64,000 nt of DNA from a virus. Its lineage: Duplodnaviria > Caudoviricetes. Positions within the stretch are counted from its first letter, which is position 1. The number at the start of each line of letters is the position of its first letter. Positions 9,565-20,300 of the stretch are shown one piece after another. The translations under genes were made by a program, and so were the position numbers. Under the pieces are notes generated by a model. The model saw only the letters and a program-made list of their open reading frames with translations. It searched no databases and was not told where the DNA came from. Location: IMG/VR virus record IMGVR_UViG_3300033064_003431, positions 1,124 through 65,123 of that record. One strand, given 5' to 3'.

Positions 9565-10237
9565 TATCTCATATGTTATCATAGCCTGCTACCCAGACAG
9601 AGGCATGAAGTATAGGGGATCAAAAAGCTTGATGGAATTTAATGGTAGCAAACTACTACAACACCAGATAGACCTAATAATATCTGCTCAAAAATATTTA
9701 AAAAATAAATACGAGATCATACTCGTTTGTGATTTTGATAAGCTAAAAATACACAAGGCATTTGGAAACCAGATTAAGATAGTTTCTACAGAAGACAGAA
9801 CCAACCCCATCTTTACGGGTTGTGCAGAAGCTAAGTATGATTATTTGGTCTTTATGGATTATGGGTGTTTGTGTAACACTAAATTATTAAAGAGTATTCA
9901 GAAGGTGGGTCCTAGTGTGGTATGCACAAAAGATTCGGGGTTGTCTCACCTAGACGTTGGCTGTATAACAAGTGAGAGAGGACTAGAACACATGTTTCTG
10001 GGGTTGGATCATAAATTTACAAATATGTTTGTATTATCCAGCACGGAAAAACAGTCCATACTACAAAACAATCGGTGTCATAGGCATAATCTGTTGTATT
10101 TTGAAATTTTAAATATCTTGATAGAAAATAATTGTATAATATCCACGATCAATGCTCCTAATAATAGTTTTTATTACTTTAATCATATGAGACAAAAAAA
10201 TGGAATCTCCAAATTTATCAAAAAAAACCCCCATTAA
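9557..10237 (+). CDS. sugar/choline-phosphate nucleotidyltransferase-like protein (GT-A fold, degenerate)
   Basis: YVIIACYPDRGMKYRGSKSLMEFNGSKLLQHQI aligns with the IILAAGxGxRM...PKxLL...G..IL..QI N-terminus of NTP-transferases. Confidence 0.6.
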   Translation: MNDISYVIIACYPDRGMKYRGSKSLMEFNGSKLLQHQIDLIISAQKYLKNKYEIILVCDFDKLKIHKAFGNQIKIVSTEDRTNPIFTGCAEAKYDYLVFMDYGCLCNTKLLKSIQKVGPSVVCTKDSGLSHLDVGCITSERGLEHMFLGLDHKFTNMFVLSSTEKQSILQNNRCHRHNLLYFEILNILIENNCIISTINAPNNSFYYFNHMRQKNGISKFIKKNPH

Positions 10238-10580
10238 TATATCCCTGTTTTATCCAGTCATTACCAACGATATCTTTAATGATCATAGGTTTAACAGCTT
10301 ATTGAATGTGTTGATTAAGCTAGAGGACACAGCTAGTCCCTATACATACGCATTATATTCGGATACTTCTATGTTGACTAGTAATATATACATACCAATA
10401 TTTCATACTATGTACCTAGGATGCACAACGAACAATGTTGTTATCTCCAATGATAAGGATTTATGGCTATTAAACACATACTCTCATAACCATTATTATA
10501 TTTTTGAGGACGAAAAAGACACATTCGATTATTCGCCATATAAAATTACTAAAATTAATCATCTCACAAAAATCAAATAA
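10200..10580 (+). CDS. hypothetical protein
   Basis: 126-aa ORF packed in the operon, overlapping the upstream gene. Confidence 0.6.
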   Translation: MESPNLSKKTPINISLFYPVITNDIFNDHRFNSLLNVLIKLEDTASPYTYALYSDTSMLTSNIYIPIFHTMYLGCTTNNVVISNDKDLWLLNTYSHNHYYIFEDEKDTFDYSPYKITKINHLTKIK

Positions 10581-10591
10581 GGATAAAACTA

Positions 10592-11383
10592 ATGGATTAT
10601 AGCACTATGCCAGACTCTAAAAAGAAGCAGATGATAGAACAACAATATTGTGTGGAAAAAAAGTCTTTTCAGCAAATTGCGGTTCTTATGAACACCTATA
10701 CTAATAGGATTAGAAGAGATGCTCAAAAGTTTCAGATTCTGATTAGGACCAAAAGCGAAGCACAAAAGAATGCTTTAAGCACAGGGGTTCATAAACACCC
10801 AACCAAAGGCACAGTAAGATCTGAAGATACTAAAAATAAGATCGGTCAAGCTGTATTAAAAAATTGGGAAGATATGAGCCCAGAAGAACTAGAGCGTAGA
10901 CAAAACCAAGCTAAGGCACAATGGGAATCATTATCAGAAGATCAAAAATCCAATCTAATAAATATGGCTAATAAAGCTGTTAGAAGTAGTAGTAAAACAG
11001 GCTCAAAGCTAGAAAAATTTATTTTTAACAAACTCATACAAGAGGGATATGAAGCCACTTTTCATCAAGAACAAACCCTGCTCTACACAAAGCTACAGAT
11101 CGATATCTTTTTACCCAAATTAAACACAGCCATAGAAATAGATGGACCATCACATTTTTTACCAGTTTGGGGAGAAGAGGCTCTACAAAGAAATATAAAA
11201 TATGACAATAAAAAAACAGGCTTGCTATTAGGCAAGGGCTGCTTATTAATAAGGGTCAAACAATTTAAAGACTATTCTCCCACCAGAGCAGCTTTGGTGT
11301 GTGATCAGCTTTTGGTTCATTTAAAAGAGATTAAGAATAATTTAAAAAACATTACTAATAAATTAATAGAAATAGGAGATTAA
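10592..11383 (+). CDS. DUF559/Vsr-like endonuclease with N-terminal HTH and NUMOD3-like DNA-binding region
   Basis: C-terminal SKLEKFI...QIDIFLPKLNTAIEIDGPSHF...DNKK, and central KGTVRSEDTKNKIG (NUMOD3-like). Confidence 0.75.
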   Translation: MDYSTMPDSKKKQMIEQQYCVEKKSFQQIAVLMNTYTNRIRRDAQKFQILIRTKSEAQKNALSTGVHKHPTKGTVRSEDTKNKIGQAVLKNWEDMSPEELERRQNQAKAQWESLSEDQKSNLINMANKAVRSSSKTGSKLEKFIFNKLIQEGYEATFHQEQTLLYTKLQIDIFLPKLNTAIEIDGPSHFLPVWGEEALQRNIKYDNKKTGLLLGKGCLLIRVKQFKDYSPTRAALVCDQLLVHLKEIKNNLKNITNKLIEIGD

Positions 11384-11385
11384 TA

Positions 11386-12144
11386 GTGGGTCGCCATAAA
11401 AAGATAATTATGAATAGTTCTACAGTACCAGCTCAAGTAGTACCAGAGGTTAATGAGCAGTCCACAGAGGGTCCAAAAGTAGTCGTATGTCCAAATGATT
11501 TGGCTTGGACAGACCATGTTTTAAACCTATTATCCGATGATGAAAAAATAGCAGGTAATCCCACCACAGATGGATTACGTAGAATATTCGAGATAGCCCT
11601 AAATTGTGTGGTTATTGATGCTGAAACAGTGGTGGTTCAATCTCCAAGTCCAGAAAACGAGAAAAGGGCCACTGTAACGCATTCTCTGACCTATGTTATG
11701 AATGATGTGTCGGAAGCCTCTGGTTCTAAATATAGAACAGTGAGCGGCGCTGCTGACGTTTACTGGGGTAACTGTGACAAGGTTTACAGAAATCACCCCG
11801 TGGCTGTGGCAGAAACCAGGGCAGAAGGCAGAGCATTAAGACGAGCTCTTAAGCTACGAAAGGTAGTAGCAGCAGAAGAAATAGCAAAAGATATAGAAGA
11901 CAGTCCCGATGGTAGCACAGTATCTAAGATTAGCACTAATCAACTAAATTTTCTGGATATTTTAACACAAAGGCTCAATATCAACACCAAACAGTTGCTT
12001 AAAAAGTTGGGACACTCTGATGAAAATGTGTATAATATAGATCATGATAGTGCTGTACAAATCATTAAACTGGTCTCTTCGTACCAGCAAGATACTTCGA
12101 CTATCTCAGATGATATTAAGGGATACGAAACCAACTGGAAATGA
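11386..12144 (+). CDS. putative single-strand annealing/recombination protein (Rad52/Sak-like)
   Basis: RATV...SGAADV...HPVAVAETRAEGRALRRALKL...AAEE motif followed by a small helical C-terminal domain (ISTNQLNFL). GTG start with AGGAG RBS. Confidence 0.55.
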   Translation: MGRHKKIIMNSSTVPAQVVPEVNEQSTEGPKVVVCPNDLAWTDHVLNLLSDDEKIAGNPTTDGLRRIFEIALNCVVIDAETVVVQSPSPENEKRATVTHSLTYVMNDVSEASGSKYRTVSGAADVYWGNCDKVYRNHPVAVAETRAEGRALRRALKLRKVVAAEEIAKDIEDSPDGSTVSKISTNQLNFLDILTQRLNINTKQLLKKLGHSDENVYNIDHDSAVQIIKLVSSYQQDTSTISDDIKGYETNWK

Positions 12145-12156
12145 TAGGAACATTCT

Positions 12157-12471
12157 ATGAAAGCCAAATACAGAGCTAGCGATAAGCTAGAATTTGAGGT
12201 CGAAGGAGCTGGTCAAAAAGAGATATTTAAGGAATTAGCTCTTATACAAGAGATATTTGGAGAAGAAAAATGTGGACTATGTTCGGGCTCTAATATAAAG
12301 TTTATAGTGCGAAACGTAGAAGGTAATGATTACTATGAACTGCGTTGTAGTGATTGTGGAGCAATATTAGCGTTTGGCCAGCACAAAAAGGGAGCCACTC
12401 TTTTTCCCAAACGCAAGGATGACAACGGAAACCATTTGCCAACCAAAGGGTGGCATAAATGGCTAAAATAG
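12157..12471 (+). CDS. zinc-ribbon hypothetical protein
   Basis: CGLC...CSDCGA pairs. Confidence 0.7.
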   Translation: MKAKYRASDKLEFEVEGAGQKEIFKELALIQEIFGEEKCGLCSGSNIKFIVRNVEGNDYYELRCSDCGAILAFGQHKKGATLFPKRKDDNGNHLPTKGWHKWLK

Positions 12472-15400
12472 TATTAACCCTACTAGATGGCAAAGTTCTT
12501 ACCAGAGACACCAAGGTTATAGGCTCAGAATCCGGTTGTTGTTGTTGTTTTTGTAGTGAGACCTGTGAAAGATGTATTCTCGTAGATGTTGAGTTTGGTA
12601 GTTTCCCCCCTTTTATTGGGCCTCCAATATACCAAATGTTGGACAAGACTGCCTATGCTCCAGACCCCCCGTATTGTGCTGAGATTCGCATCGTTGTTAG
12701 TCATACAACAGCTGAGTGGTATAATGGTACAGACCAGTATGGCAATTTATTTTCCAGCTATTTTCTTGGTACAGTAGGAAACTATGCAGAAGAAGTAGAA
12801 GAGAATGGTAACAAAAAATATAAAACATACCAAAAACACCCTACAACCAACAACGTCACTCCCCAATCAAATTGGGCTAATAATAGTTATACCACTCTTC
12901 CTGACAATAATTTATATGTAGCATATGTGGCTCCATCAGGAGACTATGAAACCACTCGTAAGCAGTTGTATCTTTTTTGTCTCAAGGGAAATGGTACAGA
13001 TGGACCTTTTGCTAAGATAGGAACCACTTTCAAACTAGACGGTGTTATAACTGGAACAGGGCCTATTACTCCTAAAAAAATATTTAATATTGATATCGAT
13101 CTACACGAATGTGGGTGGGTATTGGTGGTACAAAAAAGCACTTGTGGTACAACAGTAGATGCTGATAGTAGTTGTAGTATGAATTTTGCTAGAATACCTT
13201 CTGATGATACTGGGTGTCCCACTCTTGGAGACTATCGTACTGTCTCAACCTTTTTAAGCCCCACTGAAATTGCGGCCAAAGATCCTCCTATAGAGTGTCC
13301 AGATGACCACGAGGACAAACTCAAAGACAACATTGTATGCGAAAATGACACCCAGAAAGACCCTGGTGTGTATGAGATAGCAGACTGTGATAGTAGACAA
13401 GCTGCTGTTTCGGAGCTGTACAACAACAATAACGGCACTAAGTTTTGGCCTCGCACAGAAGGAGTAGGAACCAATCAAGGAAAGTGGGGCGGAGCGACTG
13501 AATATGGTATCAAGGTTAGAAAAACCCTTAGAAAAACAGAAAATAAATCCGGTACCGTAGGAACCACACTGTGTTGTGTTCCAGATGCCCCTGAATCTTA
13601 TTATTATTTTGTCGAAACTGGGTTATGGGCAACCTTAGCAAACTGGAGAGTAAATAGCGGAGACGAAGGCATCTTGCTTGGAGGCTTAGATCCCGATATT
13701 CCAACATACATGAGAAGCACATGGATATCAGGAGGACAGATACCACTCTCACTACCCTCTAAACTAGATAGGGTTGTTATTCAAAAGACTGTAACAGCAA
13801 TCCCAGCTGACACAAAGGTGTTAAGTATGGATGTTATCAATCCTACCCCTAATACCAAAGTCTCAATAAATGGTATAATCACAACCACAGAATTCTCTCT
13901 TTTTAACGAAAACACAGAACTACTTGTTGGCCAACTACTAGGCACGGGCCAGATTATATTCAGAAATAATAGCGAAGTTAGTACGAATGGCGTGATTGGT
14001 CATGCTACAAAAACTAATGATTTTACACTAATAAAGTTCAAGAATAGCTCTATTAATAAGGGGAAAATATACTATAGATTTTGTACTATTACTGGACAAA
14101 CTAATGTAGCCGAATCTATAAAAAGATTTGTGAATTTTTATGATACCAGTATTAATGACGATGGAGCATTTGTGTACTATACTCCCGCAATGTTTTTTGA
14201 TGCCTCAACAAACAAGGGTACCATTTGTAAAGATTTTGGCAAAAACGCTGGAATACTCATGAATACTCTAGTAGCAGGCGAAGGATATCCAAGATCATTT
14301 TTTCTCGGTGAGAGTAAAAATGCAGCCACCGGAAAAGTTGTTGGTACCGCTACTTTTTCTGAAAAATCCCTAAACCTGGGAGAAATAGACAATTCTATTG
14401 ATCCGTATGTTGACAAATCCACCAACTCAGTAAAATTTTATGGAGTATGGAACACAGCACTAGCCCGGACAAACGTGGCATTTAGTACTACTAGAAATGG
14501 ACCCACGGGAAATATTCTAGGATATTCCGAGTTTTATGATGATTCTGTAAATTTTGGAGATGTGGGAGAAGATCTTACTCTATACAATAACTCTAGCTGT
14601 GGCTATGAAGCTCTTAATGATGGGGATGCTATTAATATTGGTGGTAGCCTAATCATGAAAGATCATTCCACACTGGGTATAGTTATCACATCTCTTGAGC
14701 CCACCCACACCCTCACCATCAAAATAGCTGATACTTTCACAACAGGAGATAGTGGTAATCTGAGTGATGCACAAATCACCATAAAAAACTGTATTATAGA
14801 AGTAGCAAACAACACCGATTTGTACTGCCACACAACTGTGACAGATTCTAATATTTTGTGTACAACAAATAATAAAACCATGAGTATAAATCATACTAGT
14901 GTTACTATGGACCAAGAAGATCTGAGTCTAAAAAGAACCATTGAATATACTACTGTCAATTTTAATAATAGTTCTATTAATGGAGCTAAGATCCATCCAA
15001 AATCTAGTAATATAACAACATTTAATAATACATCTACTAATAAAAGCGAAGATATCGCTGGTACTTTAATTTTTAATAATACTAGTATAAATAATGTGAC
15101 TAGAACCACGGCTAATACTTTTATAAGTATAACATTTAATGGTGGCTCAGCTAATCTAGGCTATATAACTACCACAAACACTAATAAAGATCATATCACC
15201 TTTAATAACTCTAGCTATAATGATGCTAATGCTCTTATTCGTGGAAACGTTATTTTTAATGATACCAGTGAAAATAAGGGGGAGGAGGGAGTAGTAGATA
15301 TTACCATATCCATAGACCCCAGTAGTGCCACGCTATATGATACCATACTAGTTGTAACCTATCCAAAGCCAACGACGCAGAATAACCCTTGTACTTTTAG

Positions 15401-16124
15401 CCCTCTAAACCCCTCCCCCATAACCATCAGCGGTAATACGATATCACATAATCAAGCATTCACCAGCTATATACAAGCCAATTCAAGTAAGTGTCGGAGA
15501 GTAGCGCTCCTTGAGACGACCGTCAATGGAGTAGTATCTAATGACTACGCTTATTCTAACCCGGCCAACGAAGAGACAGAAGGAAACTGGCATTACTTCG
15601 TCGATGATAATAAACGACTAACTCGGTATGACGATTGGTATTTCTACGCAAGCTACATCTGGGACATTCCTTCTGAGGTAATTATTACCACAACCCACAA
15701 CACCACAGGAGAATCTTTTAACACAACCCTAAATATCACATTCACCCCCCCTGCAGAAGTGCCAGATCCTGAAACACACCCCTCCACTAGTTTTCAGGTA
15801 GATCCAAGCAACACTGTCACTGGGAATACAATAGCCTATATTAGTGCATCCACGAGCATTGTCAATGATCGAACAGCAGATAATCTGACCGTGGCCGTTC
15901 TTGTGACCACACCAATGGTCCCCGGTGGATATACGTATTCTATTAATAGTATTCATTACGAGATAGATGGCGATTATCTATCTCGGAAACAATACTGGTT
16001 TTTGGCAATAGAGACTTCTTTGATCCAGGATATTCCTACGTCCTTGACTGTTACCACAACCAATACAGCCACCAGCGAAACATTTGAGACAATTCTAACC
16101 ATAACATACGCCCCTCCGGAGTAG
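12459..16124 (+). CDS. large virion-associated/adhesin-like protein (Cys-rich N-terminus, beta-solenoid repeats, two C-terminal beta-sandwich repeats)
   Basis: N-terminal GCCCCFC, many F-x-N/D-x-S-x-N repeats, and duplicated C-terminal units (DIPSEVIITTTHNTTGESFNTTLNITFTPP / DIPTSLTVTTTNTATSETFETILTITYAPP). Confidence 0.6.
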   Translation: MAKIVLTLLDGKVLTRDTKVIGSESGCCCCFCSETCERCILVDVEFGSFPPFIGPPIYQMLDKTAYAPDPPYCAEIRIVVSHTTAEWYNGTDQYGNLFSSYFLGTVGNYAEEVEENGNKKYKTYQKHPTTNNVTPQSNWANNSYTTLPDNNLYVAYVAPSGDYETTRKQLYLFCLKGNGTDGPFAKIGTTFKLDGVITGTGPITPKKIFNIDIDLHECGWVLVVQKSTCGTTVDADSSCSMNFARIPSDDTGCPTLGDYRTVSTFLSPTEIAAKDPPIECPDDHEDKLKDNIVCENDTQKDPGVYEIADCDSRQAAVSELYNNNNGTKFWPRTEGVGTNQGKWGGATEYGIKVRKTLRKTENKSGTVGTTLCCVPDAPESYYYFVETGLWATLANWRVNSGDEGILLGGLDPDIPTYMRSTWISGGQIPLSLPSKLDRVVIQKTVTAIPADTKVLSMDVINPTPNTKVSINGIITTTEFSLFNENTELLVGQLLGTGQIIFRNNSEVSTNGVIGHATKTNDFTLIKFKNSSINKGKIYYRFCTITGQTNVAESIKRFVNFYDTSINDDGAFVYYTPAMFFDASTNKGTICKDFGKNAGILMNTLVAGEGYPRSFFLGESKNAATGKVVGTATFSEKSLNLGEIDNSIDPYVDKSTNSVKFYGVWNTALARTNVAFSTTRNGPTGNILGYSEFYDDSVNFGDVGEDLTLYNNSSCGYEALNDGDAINIGGSLIMKDHSTLGIVITSLEPTHTLTIKIADTFTTGDSGNLSDAQITIKNCIIEVANNTDLYCHTTVTDSNILCTTNNKTMSINHTSVTMDQEDLSLKRTIEYTTVNFNNSSINGAKIHPKSSNITTFNNTSTNKSEDIAGTLIFNNTSINNVTRTTANTFISITFNGGSANLGYITTTNTNKDHITFNNSSYNDANALIRGNVIFNDTSENKGEEGVVDITISIDPSSATLYDTILVVTYPKPTTQNNPCTFSPLNPSPITISGNTISHNQAFTSYIQANSSKCRRVALLETTVNGVVSNDYAYSNPANEETEGNWHYFVDDNKRLTRYDDWYFYASYIWDIPSEVIITTTHNTTGESFNTTLNITFTPPAEVPDPETHPSTSFQVDPSNTVTGNTIAYISASTSIVNDRTADNLTVAVLVTTPMVPGGYTYSINSIHYEIDGDYLSRKQYWFLAIETSLIQDIPTSLTVTTTNTATSETFETILTITYAPPE

Positions 16125-16129
16125 TACTC

Positions 16130-16501
16130 ATGACCAGAATTACCCCACAACCCATAGAACTATCCACAATCAGCTCTGCTGATAACAATGGGCACTTTAA
16201 TATCGTGGGAAATGCTGCTTTTTCTGGCTCTAGCATGAATTATGGTGGTATAGACGGAACGATCTCTTGTTATGCCTCTGGGCGCCCTTGCAATTCTGGT
16301 ACCTCTCTCAGTTGCACATATAGCCTCAGTGGAGCTGACGCAGCCTCCTTTGAGATAGATGATAATAAACTGCGACTAATAACGGGTACAATACTAGACT
16401 ATAACGCGCAAGATACATATCTCGTAACTATTAATAATGCCTGTGATACTATTAATCATCCAACATTTACGCTAAACATCCTTCCTGGAGTTGAACCATG
16501 A
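16130..16501 (+). CDS. cadherin-like domain protein
   Basis: YSLSGADAASFEID...LDYNAQDTYLVTI matches the bacterial cadherin-like repeat pattern. Confidence 0.7.
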   Translation: MTRITPQPIELSTISSADNNGHFNIVGNAAFSGSSMNYGGIDGTISCYASGRPCNSGTSLSCTYSLSGADAASFEIDDNKLRLITGTILDYNAQDTYLVTINNACDTINHPTFTLNILPGVEP

Positions 16502-17391
16502 TAAGCCTCTTTACTGCCACACACAACAGACCAGATGTTATTAACCTATGGTGTAAAGCTATAAATAAAACACTACTAGATAATTATCATACTACAATAG
16601 GTAGAACACAAATAGATATGAAATTAGACTGTGATTGTGATAATGTGATAATTCCTGATTTAGGATTTAGTACCCCTATTCATATGAGTCAAAAGTTTTT
16701 TAGTACAACTAGAACAAACGTATTTTTAGAAGAGGATATGATTCCTATTAGAAGATGGAGTGTGGATGATTATCCCGGGGATTTTATTCTATTAGAAGCT
16801 TATCCAAATTGTTTATGGGCTAGTTTAATTATTCATAGAAAGTCTGTAGACTATGCTACCTCTATTCCACAAACAAAACACAAGGATACCTCCTCTTTAC
16901 CCTCTTGGATACCAGAACATTTAAAAGAACAATTTATAAAAGCAAAATCAAAAACTATAGGAAATCACTTTATTCATTTGGATAAAATGAGCATGAGTCC
17001 TGCTGTGTCTGATGAATTAATGGCCCATAAAAATAAATTAAGAGATATGATTCATGAATATTTAGACACACTACCAGATATTGTTAGAGAAGACCTTGGG
17101 GGTGTTTATTCTAAACCATTAGGGTCACTTGGTCCCGGATCACAATTAGAACTCATTCTTTATAACTTGGGCATAACATCTCCAGAATATTGTGAGTGTC
17201 ATAAAAAAATAGCCCTAATGAACGAATGGGGATGTGATGAGTGTGAAAATAAAGCGGATAGTATCTGCTCATGGTTAAAGGATGAATGCTCTAGTAGAAA
17301 ATTAGTATTTGTAGAGAAAATTGCTAGACTATTAATAAAAATAGCTATTAAAAGATCTAGAAAAACAACTAATGTATACAACTCTCTTTAA
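16498..17391 (+). CDS. GT-A-like N-terminal domain fused to a Cys-rich C-terminal domain
   Basis: ISLFTATHNRPD...FLEEDMIP resembles GT2 (DxD-like). The C-terminus reads GPGSQLELIL...CECH...MNEWGCDEC. Confidence 0.55.
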   Translation: MISLFTATHNRPDVINLWCKAINKTLLDNYHTTIGRTQIDMKLDCDCDNVIIPDLGFSTPIHMSQKFFSTTRTNVFLEEDMIPIRRWSVDDYPGDFILLEAYPNCLWASLIIHRKSVDYATSIPQTKHKDTSSLPSWIPEHLKEQFIKAKSKTIGNHFIHLDKMSMSPAVSDELMAHKNKLRDMIHEYLDTLPDIVREDLGGVYSKPLGSLGPGSQLELILYNLGITSPEYCECHKKIALMNEWGCDECENKADSICSWLKDECSSRKLVFVEKIARLLIKIAIKRSRKTTNVYNSL

Positions 17392-17398
17392 AAACCCA

Positions 17399-20300
17399 TT
17401 ATACCTCCTGTGAATCGCCGTCGAACGTTATTATAAATGTACCATTTGTATTAACAGTAATACCGTCAGAGGGACTGCCCGTGGTAGCAGTGGTTGCACC
17501 GCCACCACTAGTAGGAGGTTCAGGGGTAGCAGCAGGTTCAGGGTCATTAGGGGGAGTAGAGACAGTTGCTGTACCCCCAGCCCCAGGACTACCACCGGGA
17601 GGGTTGGTATCGATAGTGGTGGTAACTGGCGGAGCAACAATACCACAACTAGTTAATGGATATATTTTCAAACACCCTTCACTATCTATACCCAATACCC
17701 CAGAAGCAAAACTACTATATGCGGGTAATTTAGAGCTTCTACCAAAAGGCCCCTCGGTCGCACTGGTTCCACCCCAAGGAATTGTTACATCAGCATCCTT
17801 AAATGGTGGTTCTAATGCTGTTTCCCCCGCTTTTGATATCACAGGCTTCAAAGTACGACCATAAATATCTTTTACACAATCACTAATGCCACAAGCATCT
17901 GTGGGACAAAATTCTTCCTCTTTCGGCTTACACTCATCACACTGCTGATCTCCTAACTGTGTTATAACATAGTTACCCTTGTTGGGGCCCGTCTCCGTAG
18001 AGAGAGACTGTTTACTAGAGGGGGGTGCGATAAAATTTAGACCCGCTTGACTACTTCCTAATATAATATACCTTTGGTCGTTACGCATAGCATACACTAT
18101 TGTTCCAGATTTGGTTTCCACACCCAGATAATCATCAATTGTGATAATACTGTTTGTGGACCCCTTTTTCATATCTGGCACAAGATTCTCCCCAGCGTTG
18201 CCGTCCACAACATAATCATTTAAAAAATCTGTTGTCGACCCACTACCAGTAGTAGTAATGTCTGGGTTTAATAATTGTGCCTTTGCTGACTTATTTGGGG
18301 ATAGAGTTTCAGATAATCTTGCTACTACAATTCTATCTGGGGGTGGACTAACCCAAACGCCCCGATCTCTATCATATCTCAAGTCTATCGGAGCCACGGG
18401 CCACGTTCTCGGATTGCCCAACCAGTTTTTCATAAATTTATTTGTTAATCTAGTTTGAGCAAACTTGCCTGCACACACATCTGTTTCCACATCCACCTCA
18501 TTAGGTATGGGTTTACCCTGAGTATCATACCCCCAAGATTGTAATACTAGTGGTCCTTTCAGGGCAAAAAATCCAAAATCAGTAGCTTCATCATATCGAC
18601 CATCCAAAGCACTGAATATCAGAGTAAGGTCTGTGCCAAAAGAAATACGACTAATAGATACGCCAATATCAGTGTCGTTCTTTCTATCATCCCACGCTTC
18701 CAGTTGTGCTATGTTTAAGATAGGATTTAAATATTTTTGATAAATGCCAGGACAAGGATGTTGATCTGTTGGCGGCATAGGTGGTCTGGATTTACAAAGT
18801 ATCTTAGAGCTAAGCCCCGTAGTATATCTTGGTAGCCTATCTCCTCTGCCGAGTATTGACACAGGAGCGAATAAAGCATCCAAAGATAGTGCCGCATAAT
18901 TCTGTATATCATTAGTGTCTTCCCCATACGAGAAAGATGACCAATCATTAGCGTCGAATATATAGCAACCATGACTATTTCTGACCTTTGATCCCTCTGT
19001 TGCCGGATCAGTTGGATCATCGGACTCTTTACACCTTTGCTTGCAAATCTCCTCTGGAGTAGAAGATTTTGAGGTGGCGGTAGAGGGGGCTGAGGAAGAG
19101 GTAGACTTTGAGGCAGGGGTCTTGGTGCTGAGATCCTTCTGTATGGGATGATTATATATACCCATCAAACAAAAACCGGGACTAGCTTCCTGTTCAGGAT
19201 GTCTCAGTAGGTCTATTGTGTTCGCTATCTTAGCTATCCCCATACGTCTATCGTTTCTTTGCTTCCTCAAGCGTGATAAAATACTGTTTCTCTCGCGAGT
19301 ATTCGTTCTGATCATATTAGAGATGGTTTGTTGATATGATCCAAATTTTTGAGCGTGTTGTTTAAAAGAGTATGCTGTTGTTGCTCCTACAGATCCATAG
19401 CTTAACACAATGCTATCAATCAATACCTGCTGATCTAGAAAATAATTAATACTATATCCCGGAAGCTCTGCTAGGGTTATACTCCCACTCTCTTCTACAT
19501 TAGAGTATCTAACCCCTTGATCAGCAATAGATTGTCCAATAGCCTGCATCTCATTCAGTCCTCCACTAGTCCATGGATTTAAACTAGAGTCTTCAACCAC
19601 AACAGTAGAACCAACCACGGGATTACTACTAGTCCAGGGTCCATATACATAAACATTGCTTTTCATAGGAATAACAACACTTTCGAATCCCGCAGCCGCA
19701 TTTCTGCATTTATATACATTGATGGATTTCGTGTCGAGCATCTTGTTCGACTCTCCTGTTACAACGGAACCAAATAGAAAATCTACAGCTCTTAGGAAAT
19801 TGGTGAGCCTGTCTCCAGCATTTGCTAACACAGGTGCCAAGGCGATAAACTCGGTTGTTATCAATATTTCCGCTGTTCCAAGATCAAGGTTACTATAAAC
19901 TGCTCCGTCTGTTTGTATCTTCTGATACAGAGTAATTATTTCGTCGACAGGAGCTGGTTCGGCAGGAGCTGGTTCGGCAGAATCTGATTGGGCAGGAGCT
20001 GGTTCGGCAGCGGGTCTCTTCTTAGCAGCCTTTCTAAACACCGTAAACATACAGTCTGCTGCACTGAGCTTTCCCTTAAATATTTCGTGCTCAAAATCTT
20101 GTCCATTTATCTTTCTTGTGCTTCGATAGTTTCCTCTAAGTTTGCCAAACCCAGTTATTTTTCCATCCCCATTTTCAAATAGACTGGTATTAACTCCTGG
20201 CATCAATCCAAGCATACCAAAAGCTTGATTAACACTAGGATATCCAGCGTCGATAGGCTCATCAGTAAGAGTATATCTGTCTCCCTCCTGGACCTTAATC

